A stretch of DNA of 64,000 nt from a bacterium (GTDB lineage Bacteria; Actinomycetota; Acidimicrobiia; Acidimicrobiales; Bin134), in contig JAPOVT010000049.1 in NCBI GenBank assembly GCA_026708015.1, forward strand, positions 5,274-69,273, in the 5' to 3' direction. The position numbers and the translations under genes were made by a program. Shown piece after piece: positions 50,045 to 59,656 of this stretch. A model generated the notes under the pieces. It made no database searches, was not told where the DNA came from, and saw only the letters and a program-made list of their open reading frames with translations. Position 1 is the stretch's first letter; the number at the start of each line of letters is the position of its first letter.

Positions 50045-50812
50045 TCAGGCGCCCATGGCGTGGTAGCCGCCGTCCACATGAACCATCTCGCCGGTGGTCA
50101 TCGGGAACAAATCAGATAGCAGTGCCACCGCGGCTTTGGCCACCGCCGAGCTGTCTTTGACGTCCCAGCCCAGCGGGGCCCGAGCGGCCCAGGAGTCCTC
50201 GAACACCTCGAAACCGGGAATGGAGCGGGCGGCCATGGTGCGCACCGGGCCGGCCGCCACCAAGTTCACCCGGATCCCCTGGTCGCCCAGCGACCGGGCC
50301 AGATAGCGGGCGGTGGACTCGAATGCCGCCTTGGCCACCCCCATCCAGTTGTAGAACGGCCAGGCCACAGTGGCATCGAAGTCGAGTCCCACAATCGAGC
50401 CGCCACCATCCATGAAGGGCACCACCACCTCGGCCAGGGTCTTGAGCGAATAGGACGAGATCTCCAGGGCCACCTTCACGTCGTCCCACCCGGCGGCCAT
50501 GAAGTCGTCGCCCAGGCACACCTCGGGGGCGAACCCGATGGCGTGTACGGCGCCGTCCACCGACCCCCACTGGCTGGCCAGTTCGTCCCGCAGCGCACCC
50601 GGATGGTCGGGATCAGTCACGTCGAAGGCCAGCACCGGCGGGGAGCCTGGAAGCTTGCGAGCGGTCCGCTCGGTGAGGCTGAGGCCCCGTCCTGCGCCGG
50701 TCAGCACCAGATCGGCGCCTTCGGCCGCGGCCAGCGAGGCGATTCCAAAGGCGATCGAAGCATCGGTCAACACTCCGGTGACCAGAATCCGTTTCCCATC
50801 GAGGAGTCCCAT
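50045..50812 (-). CDS. fabI: enoyl-[acyl-carrier-protein] reductase (NADH), InhA/FabI type
   Basis: Collinear with mycobacterial InhA from memory (LLDGKRILVTG...SIAF, HAIGFAP, YNWMGVAKAA, VNLVAAGPVRT). Confidence 0.9.
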   Translation of the reverse strand: MGLLDGKRILVTGVLTDASIAFGIASLAAAEGADLVLTGAGRGLSLTERTARKLPGSPPVLAFDVTDPDHPGALRDELASQWGSVDGAVHAIGFAPEVCLGDDFMAAGWDDVKVALEISSYSLKTLAEVVVPFMDGGGSIVGLDFDATVAWPFYNWMGVAKAAFESTARYLARSLGDQGIRVNLVAAGPVRTMAARSIPGFEVFEDSWAARAPLGWDVKDSSAVAKAAVALLSDLFPMTTGEMVHVDGGYHAMGA

Positions 50813-50928
50813 GATCGTTGGAGGCTACTCGCCCCGCGCCGGCTTTCACGGTCCTATGGGGGCACGGGAGACCCTCTCACAGCGTCCCTATGTGGGATCG
50901 GGAGTGTACCTCCTATACCGTTAGGTTG

Positions 50929-51594
50929 ATGCGGATCGGGATTCTGGGAGGCACTGGACCGGCAGGGCGCGCCCTGGCCGTACGGTTGGCATCGGTGGGA
51001 TTCGACATTGTGGTGGGATCGCGCTCCGCCGAAAGGGCTGCCGAGATCTGCCAGGGCCTGCTAGCCGAATGGCCCGACCACGAACTCCCTCTGTCGGGCG
51101 CGGCCAATCCCGGCGCTGCGGCCTGCGACGTGGTGGTGGTGGCCACCCCGTGGGACGCCGCCGCGGCCACCGCGGCCACGGTGGCCGACGAATTGGCTGG
51201 CAAGGTGGTCATCAGCATGGCCAACGCCCTGGCCAAGATGGGCCGGGAGTTCCAGCCTCTGGTGCCGTCTCGAGGATCGATCGCCGCCGCGGTGCAGGCT
51301 GCGGTGCCCCAGGCCCTGGTTTCGGCCGCCCTTCAACATGTGCCGGCCCACGATCTGGGTGATCTGAACCATCCGGTGGATTGCGACGTGCTGGTGTGCT
51401 CTGACCATCCCGAGGCCACTGCCACGACCATGGAGATCATGGACATGCTCCCCGGCGTTCGAGCCCTCGACGCCGGTCCGCTGTCGTGCGCCACTCCGGT
51501 GGAGGCCTTCACCGCGGTGTTGCTGCACCTGAACGTCCGCTACAAGACCAGGGTGGCGGTCCGCTTCACCGGCTTGGGCCTCGAAGGCGGCTGA
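50929..51594 (+). CDS. npdG: NADPH-dependent F420 reductase
   Basis: Start MRIGILGGTGPAGRALAVRLA (Rossmann), about 220 aa. The track start at 50818 is too early. Confidence 0.75.
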   Translation: MRIGILGGTGPAGRALAVRLASVGFDIVVGSRSAERAAEICQGLLAEWPDHELPLSGAANPGAAACDVVVVATPWDAAAATAATVADELAGKVVISMANALAKMGREFQPLVPSRGSIAAAVQAAVPQALVSAALQHVPAHDLGDLNHPVDCDVLVCSDHPEATATTMEIMDMLPGVRALDAGPLSCATPVEAFTAVLLHLNVRYKTRVAVRFTGLGLEGG

Positions 51595-51605
51595 GCCCGT
51601 CGGCC

Positions 51606-52769
<1,164 letters not shown>

Positions 52770-52838
52770 ACGGAGTGGGCTGCTGCTCTCGTGGCAAATT
52801 AGGTGGTGCAGGGCATCGGGGCAACATAGGATGACGGG

Positions 52839-52908
52839 TGGAGCTAGAGGGGATCGAACCCTCCCGGTACGGTGTCAAGTCGCGGCCGGCCCGACCACGG
52901 GTAGCCCC
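52839..52908 (-). ncRNA. 70-nt tRNA-Ala-like element (acceptor stem and T arm canonical, core non-canonical)
   Basis: Minus strand: GGGGCTA...GAGGG-TTCGATC-CCCTC-TAGCTCC-A. There is a 7-bp acceptor with G3:T70 and a perfect T arm. The 38-nt interior folds as a GC hairpin, not as D or anticodon arms. Confidence 0.4.
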
Positions 52909-52913
52909 ATCCT

Positions 52914-52973
52914 GGAGGAAGCACTGCTTCCTCCTTGGGCCGCACCGGGCCGCTATGCGGGCCCGGTGCGGCC
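52914..52973. other. two adjacent GC-rich stem-loops (9 bp at 52914-52934; 14 bp at 52938-52973)
   Basis: GGAGGAAGC-act-GCTTCCTCC and GGCCGCACCGGGCC-gctatgcg-GGCCCGGTGCGGCC. They could be a U-tract-less terminator for mshC or part of the minus-strand RNA. Confidence 0.5.
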
Positions 52974-53047
52974 TAGTTCAGCATATACGGAAATACACTG
53001 AAACTAAATGGCAACGAAATTGCATGAACATCTAGGGTGGTCCCGGT

Positions 53048-55036
53048 ATGGCTGACATCAGCGTCCTTCTGCCGGACGGCAGTACGCGCACGATTCCCTC
53101 GGGCGGTACCGCGGGCGACTTGGCCGCCGACATCGGCCCCGGTCTGGCCAAGGCGGCGCTGATCGCCACCGTCGACGACGCCGAGGTGGACTTGAGCGCT
53201 CCGCTGGCCGACGGCCAGCAGGTTTCGATCATCACTGCCGACAGCGACGCCGGCCTGGAAACGCTGCGCCACTCCACCGCCCATGTGCTGGCCCAGGCGG
53301 TGCTGGAGCTTTACCCCGGCTCTACCTACGCGGTGGGCCCACCCATCCAAGACGGCTTTTACTACGACTTCGACCTGCCCGACGGCGCCACCATAAGCGA
53401 CGACGACCTCGAGGCCATCGAAGCCCGGATGCGGGAGATCATCGAAGCCGACCAGCCATTCGAGCGCCACGAAGTGTCGGCCGCCGAAGGGCTACAGCTC
53501 TTTGCCGACCACCCCTATAAGCGCGAGATCATCGAAACGGTGGCCATGTCCCCCGATGCCGACGACTCTGGGCAGCCCGCTGACGAATTGGCCGACGAGG
53601 TGGCCGACGACGGCCAGATCAGCTACTACCGCAACTCGGATTCCTTCATCGACTTGTGCCGCGGCCCCCACGTTCCCTCCACCGGCCGCCTGGGGCACTT
53701 CAAGCTGATGAGCGTGGCCGGGGCCTATTGGCGCCGCGACGCTGGCCGCCCGTCGTTGCAGCGCATCTACGGCACGGCCTGGGCTTCCCGCAAAGACCTG
53801 GCTTCCCACCTGCACCGACTGGCCGAGGCCGAAAAGCGAGACCATCGCCGCCTGGCCCGAGAGCTCGACCTGTTGTCCTGGCCCACCGAGCTAGGACCAG
53901 GGCTGGCGGTGTGGCACCCCAAAGGCGCGGCGGTGCGGCGCATCATCGAGGACTACAGCCGGGGTCGCCACGATGAGGGGGGCTACCAGTCGGTAGTCAC
54001 CCCCCATATAGCCCGCTCTGAGCTGTGGGAGACCAGCGGCCATCTGGACTTCTACCGGGAGTCCATGTACCCGGCCATGGAATTGGACGGCACCTCCTAC
54101 CACCTCAAGCCGATGAACTGTCCCTTCCACGTGCTGATCTACAAGAGCAGCCAGCGCTCTTATCGCGACCTGCCCATTCGACTGTTTGAGCTCGGCACGG
54201 TGTACCGCTACGAGCTGTCGGGGGCGGTCCACGGCCTGATGCGCATCCGGGGATTCACCCAAGACGACAGCCACATCTTCGCCACCCGCGAGCAAGCCCC
54301 CGCCGAGATCGCCTCGTTGGTGGCCTTCGTTTTGTCGGTGCTGCGGGCATTTGGATTCGACGAATTCGAGGCTCGACTGGCCACTCGGCCGCAGGAGAAG
54401 TCGATTGGCGATGACGCCGAATGGGATTTGGCCACCGAGGCCCTCCGGGAAGCGCTGGAGGCCTCCGGGCTGGAGTATGAGCTAGACGAGGGCGGGGGCG
54501 CCTTCTACGGGCCAAAAATCGACATCGACGTGCGCGACGCCATAGGGCGGAGCTGGCAGCTGTCCACCCTCCAGGTGGACTTTCAGCTTCCCGAGCGGTT
54601 CGGCCTCGAATATGTGGGCTCTGATGGCAACCGCCACCGCCCGGTGATGATCCACCGCGCCCTCATGGGAGCGATCGAGCGCTTCTTCGGGGTGCTCATC
54701 GAGCATTGCAGCGGTGCGTTCCCGGCCTGGTTGGCCCCGGTCCAAGCCGCCATCTTGCCGGTGGCCGCTACCCATGCCGACTATGCCACCGATGTGGAAG
54801 CCCGGCTCAGCCAACACGGCTTCCGGGTCGAAGTGGTGGAAGCACAGGAGCCTCTGGGCCGGCGCATCCGGGCAGCCAAGCTCCAGAAACTGCCCTATGT
54901 GCTGGTGGTGGGCGACGACGACGTGGCTCACGGCACGGTAGGGGTAAACGCCCGGGGCAGCGACGGCGATGAGCGGGGCGTGGCGTTGGAAGACTTCGCG
55001 GCCCGATTGGCCGACGACGTGGAAACCCACCGCTGA
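53048..55036 (+). CDS. thrS: threonyl-tRNA synthetase
   Basis: 662 aa. N-terminal TGS domain, editing-domain HSTAHVLAQA, class II core motifs. Confidence 0.95.
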   Translation: MADISVLLPDGSTRTIPSGGTAGDLAADIGPGLAKAALIATVDDAEVDLSAPLADGQQVSIITADSDAGLETLRHSTAHVLAQAVLELYPGSTYAVGPPIQDGFYYDFDLPDGATISDDDLEAIEARMREIIEADQPFERHEVSAAEGLQLFADHPYKREIIETVAMSPDADDSGQPADELADEVADDGQISYYRNSDSFIDLCRGPHVPSTGRLGHFKLMSVAGAYWRRDAGRPSLQRIYGTAWASRKDLASHLHRLAEAEKRDHRRLARELDLLSWPTELGPGLAVWHPKGAAVRRIIEDYSRGRHDEGGYQSVVTPHIARSELWETSGHLDFYRESMYPAMELDGTSYHLKPMNCPFHVLIYKSSQRSYRDLPIRLFELGTVYRYELSGAVHGLMRIRGFTQDDSHIFATREQAPAEIASLVAFVLSVLRAFGFDEFEARLATRPQEKSIGDDAEWDLATEALREALEASGLEYELDEGGGAFYGPKIDIDVRDAIGRSWQLSTLQVDFQLPERFGLEYVGSDGNRHRPVMIHRALMGAIERFFGVLIEHCSGAFPAWLAPVQAAILPVAATHADYATDVEARLSQHGFRVEVVEAQEPLGRRIRAAKLQKLPYVLVVGDDDVAHGTVGVNARGSDGDERGVALEDFAARLADDVETHR

Positions 55037-55084
55037 TGGCCGCACGAAGACGGACCGGCGGTCTCCGATGACAGGAGGGCGCTG

Positions 55085-55591
55085 ATGCTCGAGCGATTGT
55101 GGGCTCCGTGGCGCAGCCGCTATGTGGCTGGACTTGGCGACACTGACTCTGAGTCAGGAGAGGGCACGCTGTTTGAGCGCATCTTGGCTGCTTCCGAACC
55201 CGACGAAGAAACCGGAATCTTGTGGCGGGGCGATACTTGCTTCGCGGTGCTCAACGCCCATCCCTACGGAAGCGGGCACTTGATGGTGGTTCCCAACCGG
55301 GCCGTAGCTGACCTGGCCGATCTCACCGACGCCGAGAGCGAGGAATTGTGGTCCGCAGTGCGAACGGCGGTGGCCGCCATCCGCCGGGCCTACAGCCCCG
55401 ACGGCGTGAACGTGGGCCTCAACCTGGGCGCCGCCGCCGGTGCCGGCATTCCCGACCATCTTCATGTTCATTGCATGCCCCGCTGGCAAGGCGACACCAA
55501 CTTCATGACCACCGTGGCCGAGGCCCGAGTGCTCCCCGAGCCCCTCACCGAATCGTGGTCCAAGCTGAGAGACGCCTGGGAAGCTCGGTAG
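55085..55591 (+). CDS. HIT-family protein (Ap4A phosphorylase-like, Rv2613c-type)
   Basis: Histidine triad HLHVHCMPRW. Its position after thrS matches mycobacteria. Confidence 0.8.
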   Translation: MLERLWAPWRSRYVAGLGDTDSESGEGTLFERILAASEPDEETGILWRGDTCFAVLNAHPYGSGHLMVVPNRAVADLADLTDAESEELWSAVRTAVAAIRRAYSPDGVNVGLNLGAAAGAGIPDHLHVHCMPRWQGDTNFMTTVAEARVLPEPLTESWSKLRDAWEAR

Positions 55592-55632
55592 GGTGTCCGA
55601 CGCTGAATCCAGCATTTCCTGAGAGCGAGACG

Positions 55633-56127
55633 ATGTCTGACGCCGAGATAACCGATGAGCTCCCCCAAGAGCTGAACGTCAGCGAGTACGTCGGCCCATA
55701 CCTGTTTCCCAACAACAGCCGTCGTCGGATTCCGGCCATCATCTATCTGTCGGCTGCATTGGTCTGCACGGTGGTGTGGGCGGTGGCCGCCGACAGCCCG
55801 CTGGTCAATGGGGGATTCCTGGCCGCCGCCATCGCCCTAGCCGTCTTCGCCGTCTACGGCTTTGTCTGCGGCAAAGAGTTGAAGATCGACGAGTCGGATG
55901 CACTGGTCATCGCCATCGGCGCAGTGGGGTTTCCCGTGGGCCATGCATCGGCCCAAATGGGGTGGCGGGGCTGGCTCAGCCGCCCCACTTGGCGCATCCT
56001 GCTCTACTCCAACGAGCCCCAACCTGATCAGCGGGGATTGGTCTTTGTGGACGGCATCACCGGCGAAGTGATCGACCAGCTTGTGCAGCCCAATCCCGAA
56101 GACTGGGCTGACCTAGCAAACGACTGA
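55633..56127 (+). CDS. membrane protein of unknown function
   Basis: 164 aa starting MSDAEITDEL, with two predicted TM helices. The track start at 55348 overlaps the HIT gene. Confidence 0.55.
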   Translation: MSDAEITDELPQELNVSEYVGPYLFPNNSRRRIPAIIYLSAALVCTVVWAVAADSPLVNGGFLAAAIALAVFAVYGFVCGKELKIDESDALVIAIGAVGFPVGHASAQMGWRGWLSRPTWRILLYSNEPQPDQRGLVFVDGITGEVIDQLVQPNPEDWADLAND

Positions 56128-56146
56128 AGAGTAGAGTTAAGGCCGC

Positions 56147-56740
56147 ATGTTCGACGGCAATTGGCGCTCGGCGGTCAATCGTGGGCTGGATCCCATCGGC
56201 GCCATCTTCTGCCGGATAGGCGTGAGCGCCAATGCGGTTACCGCCTTCGGCATCGTCATGGCTGCGGTGGCCGCGGTGGTCATCGGCCGTGGTGAACTCA
56301 TCCTCGGCCTGGTCTTTTTGATCCTCACCGGTCTGGCCGACGCCCTCGACGGGCCCATCGCCAAGGCGTCGGGCACCAGTTCGGTCCGAGGTGCCTTCTT
56401 CGACTCGGTCAGTGATCGGGCCAGCGACGCACTTCTGATCGCGGGCTTTGCCTGGTATCTGGGGTCCACCGAGCCGGGTCACATCTTCATGCTGCCGCTG
56501 GCCCTCATGGCGGTGACCTCGCTGGTCTCCTATCAGCGGGCCAAGGCCGAGTCACTGGGACTCGACGCCAAGGGCGGGCTCATGGAACGGGCTGAACGAT
56601 TCTTCGTACTCGGCGCCGGATTGGCCTTCAGCTTCGTGATGATTCCCATACTGTGGGCCATGCTGGTGCTCACCGCGGCCACTGCCCTGTATCGGTTTGC
56701 CAAGGTCTGGCGCCAGACCAACTCCCTGCACTCAGTATGA
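56147..56740 (+). CDS. CDP-alcohol phosphatidyltransferase (phosphatidylinositol-phosphate synthase type)
   Basis: DALDGPIAKASGTSSVRGAFFDSVSDRASD matches the DGx2ARx8Gx3Dx3D-type motif. Synteny with pgsA1. Confidence 0.85.
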   Translation: MFDGNWRSAVNRGLDPIGAIFCRIGVSANAVTAFGIVMAAVAAVVIGRGELILGLVFLILTGLADALDGPIAKASGTSSVRGAFFDSVSDRASDALLIAGFAWYLGSTEPGHIFMLPLALMAVTSLVSYQRAKAESLGLDAKGGLMERAERFFVLGAGLAFSFVMIPILWAMLVLTAATALYRFAKVWRQTNSLHSV

Positions 56741-57777
56741 CAAACACTGCCGAGGCGGCTGCTCCTCTACCTCTTATAGCCCGCACCCGCCGTCTCTCGG
56801 CCGACGTGGTTCTCTACCGCAGCGGCGCCGCCCTGGCCCGCCGTCTGCCCCAGCCGGTGGGCGCCGCCCTCACCCGGTCCATAAGCCGCACGGCATATCG
56901 GCTGCTGCCCGAGCGTCGCTTCATCACCGAGCGCCGCCTCCAACGGGTGTGCGGCCCCCAGTTGAAGGGCGATGCGCTGGCCGAGGCCGTGCGGGCTTCA
57001 TTCGAGTCGTACGCCCGCTACTGGTATGACGGCGCCCGGATCGGCGACCTGGACGATGCCGAGGTGGAGGCCGGATTCAGCCATCAGGGATTTCACTACA
57101 TTCAAGAGGCAATTGACACCGGTACGGCGCCGATACTGGCCCTTCCCCACCTCGGGGGCTGGGAATGGGCGGGAACGTGGATGGCCCGTATCCCCGGCTA
57201 CCCGGTGATCTCGGTGGTGGAGCCGCTAAAGCCGGTTCGGCTGTTCGACTGGATGGTGGAAGAGCGGCGCCGCATGGGCATCGATATCGTGGCGCTCGGC
57301 CCCGACGCGGTGTCAGTGCTCATCAAGTCGCTGCGAACCGGTCAGGTGGTGTGCTTGCTCGCCGATCGCCAGGTCGGCCGGGGAGGCGTGGAGGTGGAGT
57401 TTTTTGGAGAGCGCACTCTGCTGCCCGGTGGCCCGGCAACTCTTGCTCTGCGGACCGGCGCGGCCATTCTGCCGACCGCGGTATATCAGGACGGACCCAA
57501 CCATCGGGGCGTGGTTTTGCCGCCGGTCCCCGCCGAGCGCCAGGGACGGCTGCGGGCCGACGTGACCCGGGTAACCCAGGAGCTGGCCCGATCGCTGGAG
57601 CAGCTGATAAGCGCCGCTCCGGAGCAGTGGCATCTCATGCAGCCCAACTGGCCCAGCGATGAGACGGCCCTTCAGAGATTCCGCCAACAGCGGAAGGGCT
57701 TCGACCGATTCGGGGACGACGACCCCCAACGACAGGCCAAGTCCGAGCGCATTGTCGAACAGAGAGTGCCCGGATGA
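56737..57777 (+). CDS. phosphatidylinositol mannoside acyltransferase (LPLAT/HtrB family)
   Basis: ATGA overlap with the upstream gene. Lauroyl-acyltransferase-like. Position equivalent to Rv2611c. Confidence 0.75.
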   Translation: MTNTAEAAAPLPLIARTRRLSADVVLYRSGAALARRLPQPVGAALTRSISRTAYRLLPERRFITERRLQRVCGPQLKGDALAEAVRASFESYARYWYDGARIGDLDDAEVEAGFSHQGFHYIQEAIDTGTAPILALPHLGGWEWAGTWMARIPGYPVISVVEPLKPVRLFDWMVEERRRMGIDIVALGPDAVSVLIKSLRTGQVVCLLADRQVGRGGVEVEFFGERTLLPGGPATLALRTGAAILPTAVYQDGPNHRGVVLPPVPAERQGRLRADVTRVTQELARSLEQLISAAPEQWHLMQPNWPSDETALQRFRQQRKGFDRFGDDDPQRQAKSERIVEQRVPG

Positions 57778-58904
57778 GGGTTGGGCTGGTTTGTCCTTAC
57801 TCCCTCACCATCCCCGGAGGTGTCCAGGGACAGGTGATGGGACTGGCCCGCTCGCTGCGCCGCATGGGGGTGGAAGCCCGAGTGCTGGCCCCGTGTGACG
57901 GGCCTCCGCCCGACGAGTCGGTCACCCCCTTGGGCAACAGCCTGCCCACTGCGGCCAACGGCTCCATCGCCCCCTTGGCTCCCGATCCTCCGGCCCAGCT
58001 CCGCACGATCCGGGTGCTGCGCGACGAGCGATTCGACGTCGTACACATCCACGAACCCCTCGCCCCCGGTCCCACCAATACCGCGGCGGTGATGAAGTCT
58101 GCGCCGCTGCTGGGCACCTTCCACCGGGCCGGTCACAGCGCCGCCTACCAGTTTCTGCGGCCGATCGTGCAGGCTGTGGCCAACCGCCTGGACTATCGCT
58201 GCGCGGTGTCCGACGATGCCCGCCGTTTGGCCCAGGGGCAGCTCGGGGGCCACTACGAGGTGGTGTTCAACGGGGTGGAGCTGGATGCCCCCTCGGCTGA
58301 TCCCATCGCCTCACCTGATCCCACCATCTTCTTCGTGGGTCGCCACGAGCCCCGCAAGGGTCTCGACATCCTCATCGACGCGCTCCAGTACCTGCCCGAC
58401 GAGGTGCGGTTGTGGGTGGGAGGCGACGGCCCTGAGACCGACGATCTGAAGGCCCGCACGGTAGATGACTCAAGGGTGGAGTGGCTGGGCCGGATCTCCG
58501 ACGCCGAGAAGCAGGCCCGCCTGCGTGGGGCCGACGTGTTTTGCGCCCCGTCGCTGTTCGGGGAGTCGTTCGGAGTAGTGCTGTTGGAGGCTATGGCGGC
58601 CCGGACGCCGATTGTGGCCTCCGATCTGGACGCCTATGCCATTGTGGCCCGACCGGGACGCGATGCACTGCTGTCGGCGCCCGGCGATCCCGCCGCCCTG
58701 GCCGCCAACCTGAAGCGGGTGCTGTTCGACCAAGACACCGCCGACTCCCTGGTGGAATCAGGGCTGGACCGAGCCCAGCAGTTCTCCATGGACACCTTGG
58801 CCGAGCGCTACATCGAGATCTATGCCGATCTGGCAGCTCGCCGCCCGGTACGCGCTCCCCAGCGCCCATGGAAAGATCTCCGCCATCACGAGGAGGAATC
58901 GTGA
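57774..58904 (+). CDS. pimA: GT4 glycosyltransferase, phosphatidylinositol alpha-mannosyltransferase
   Basis: ATGA overlap. Shows MRVGLVCPYSLTIPGGVQ and the EPRKG...ESFG..LLEAMA GT4 motifs. Mycobacterial synteny. Confidence 0.8.
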   Translation: MRVGLVCPYSLTIPGGVQGQVMGLARSLRRMGVEARVLAPCDGPPPDESVTPLGNSLPTAANGSIAPLAPDPPAQLRTIRVLRDERFDVVHIHEPLAPGPTNTAAVMKSAPLLGTFHRAGHSAAYQFLRPIVQAVANRLDYRCAVSDDARRLAQGQLGGHYEVVFNGVELDAPSADPIASPDPTIFFVGRHEPRKGLDILIDALQYLPDEVRLWVGGDGPETDDLKARTVDDSRVEWLGRISDAEKQARLRGADVFCAPSLFGESFGVVLLEAMAARTPIVASDLDAYAIVARPGRDALLSAPGDPAALAANLKRVLFDQDTADSLVESGLDRAQQFSMDTLAERYIEIYADLAARRPVRAPQRPWKDLRHHEEES

Positions 58905-59656
58905 ATTCAGGCCAACGCCGTTCTGCCGTTGTTCTTGGCGCCCTGGGAGTGGTTGTGGGCGCGCTGGTTTTGGCTGTGCTCCTATTGGCCGGGCTCCCCT
59001 GGCTCGTGGCCGTGGTGGCCGGCGTGGTCGTTGGAGGGGTCGCCGCAGCCGGCCTGCACTTGACTGCGTGGCGCCTGCTGCTGCGCCTGGCCGGAAGCAC
59101 CCGCCCCACCGGTGAGGCGCAGGCCGTTCTCGAGAACCTGCTGGAGGGCTTGTGCGTGATCCACGGCATCCCCGCCCCCGAACTGCGGGTGATCCATTCC
59201 CACTCCATCAACTCCCTGGCCGCGGCCCGCACTCCCGCCCATGCGGCCATCGTCGTCACATCCGGCGCAGTAGAGCAGCTTGAGCGCATCGCGCTTGAAG
59301 GGCTGGTAGCCCATCACTTGTGCCGAATCCGTCGGGGCGATGCCGCCTTTGAGACGTTGGCCGGGGTGCTCTTGGCCTGGCCCCTCTCAACGGTCGGCTG
59401 GCTGCGCCGCCGATTGATGGGTCGGGTGCTGCCCGCGGGACGGGGCCTGGCGGCCGACTTCGAGGCGGTGTCGCTCACTCGCTACCCTCCCGGCCTGCTG
59501 TCTGCGCTGATGACACTTTCTGGGCAAACGGCTCAGGTACCATCGCCAACGGTGGCAGCGCTTCACATGTGGATCGATGAGCCCGATTGGGGCATCGCCG
59601 ACGTCATCCGCCATCCCCGGCTGGAAACCCGTATCGCCGCGCTGACTGAGCTTTGA
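58901..59656 (+). CDS. membrane protein of unknown function
   Basis: GTG 58901 overlaps the pimA stop. Two N-terminal TM helices. No family recognised. Confidence 0.5.
   Translation: MNSGQRRSAVVLGALGVVVGALVLAVLLLAGLPWLVAVVAGVVVGGVAAAGLHLTAWRLLLRLAGSTRPTGEAQAVLENLLEGLCVIHGIPAPELRVIHSHSINSLAAARTPAHAAIVVTSGAVEQLERIALEGLVAHHLCRIRRGDAAFETLAGVLLAWPLSTVGWLRRRLMGRVLPAGRGLAADFEAVSLTRYPPGLLSALMTLSGQTAQVPSPTVAALHMWIDEPDWGIADVIRHPRLETRIAALTEL

Noticed and set aside
52839-52935. tRNA-Sec (selC), considered because a selenoprotein candidate is in the window.
   Set aside because: There is no UCA anticodon in any plausible loop, no 8-bp acceptor, and no long D stem or extra arm.
52839-53230. A full-length tmRNA (ssrA) on the minus strand, suggested by the ...GGTTCGATCCCCTCTAGCTCCAC 3' end and the GGGGCTA 5' end.
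   Set aside because: A normal tmRNA needs about 350-400 nt. Only 70 nt separate the two acceptor strands. Extending upstream would run into the well-supported thrS coding region, which starts at 53048. No resume-codon or tag ORF is present.
58901-59656. A possible M48/HtpX-like peptidase, based on EGLVAHHLCRIRRGD resembling HExxH.
   Set aside because: The HExxH glutamate is absent and the rest of the peptidase core is not recognisable. It is kept as a hypothetical membrane protein.
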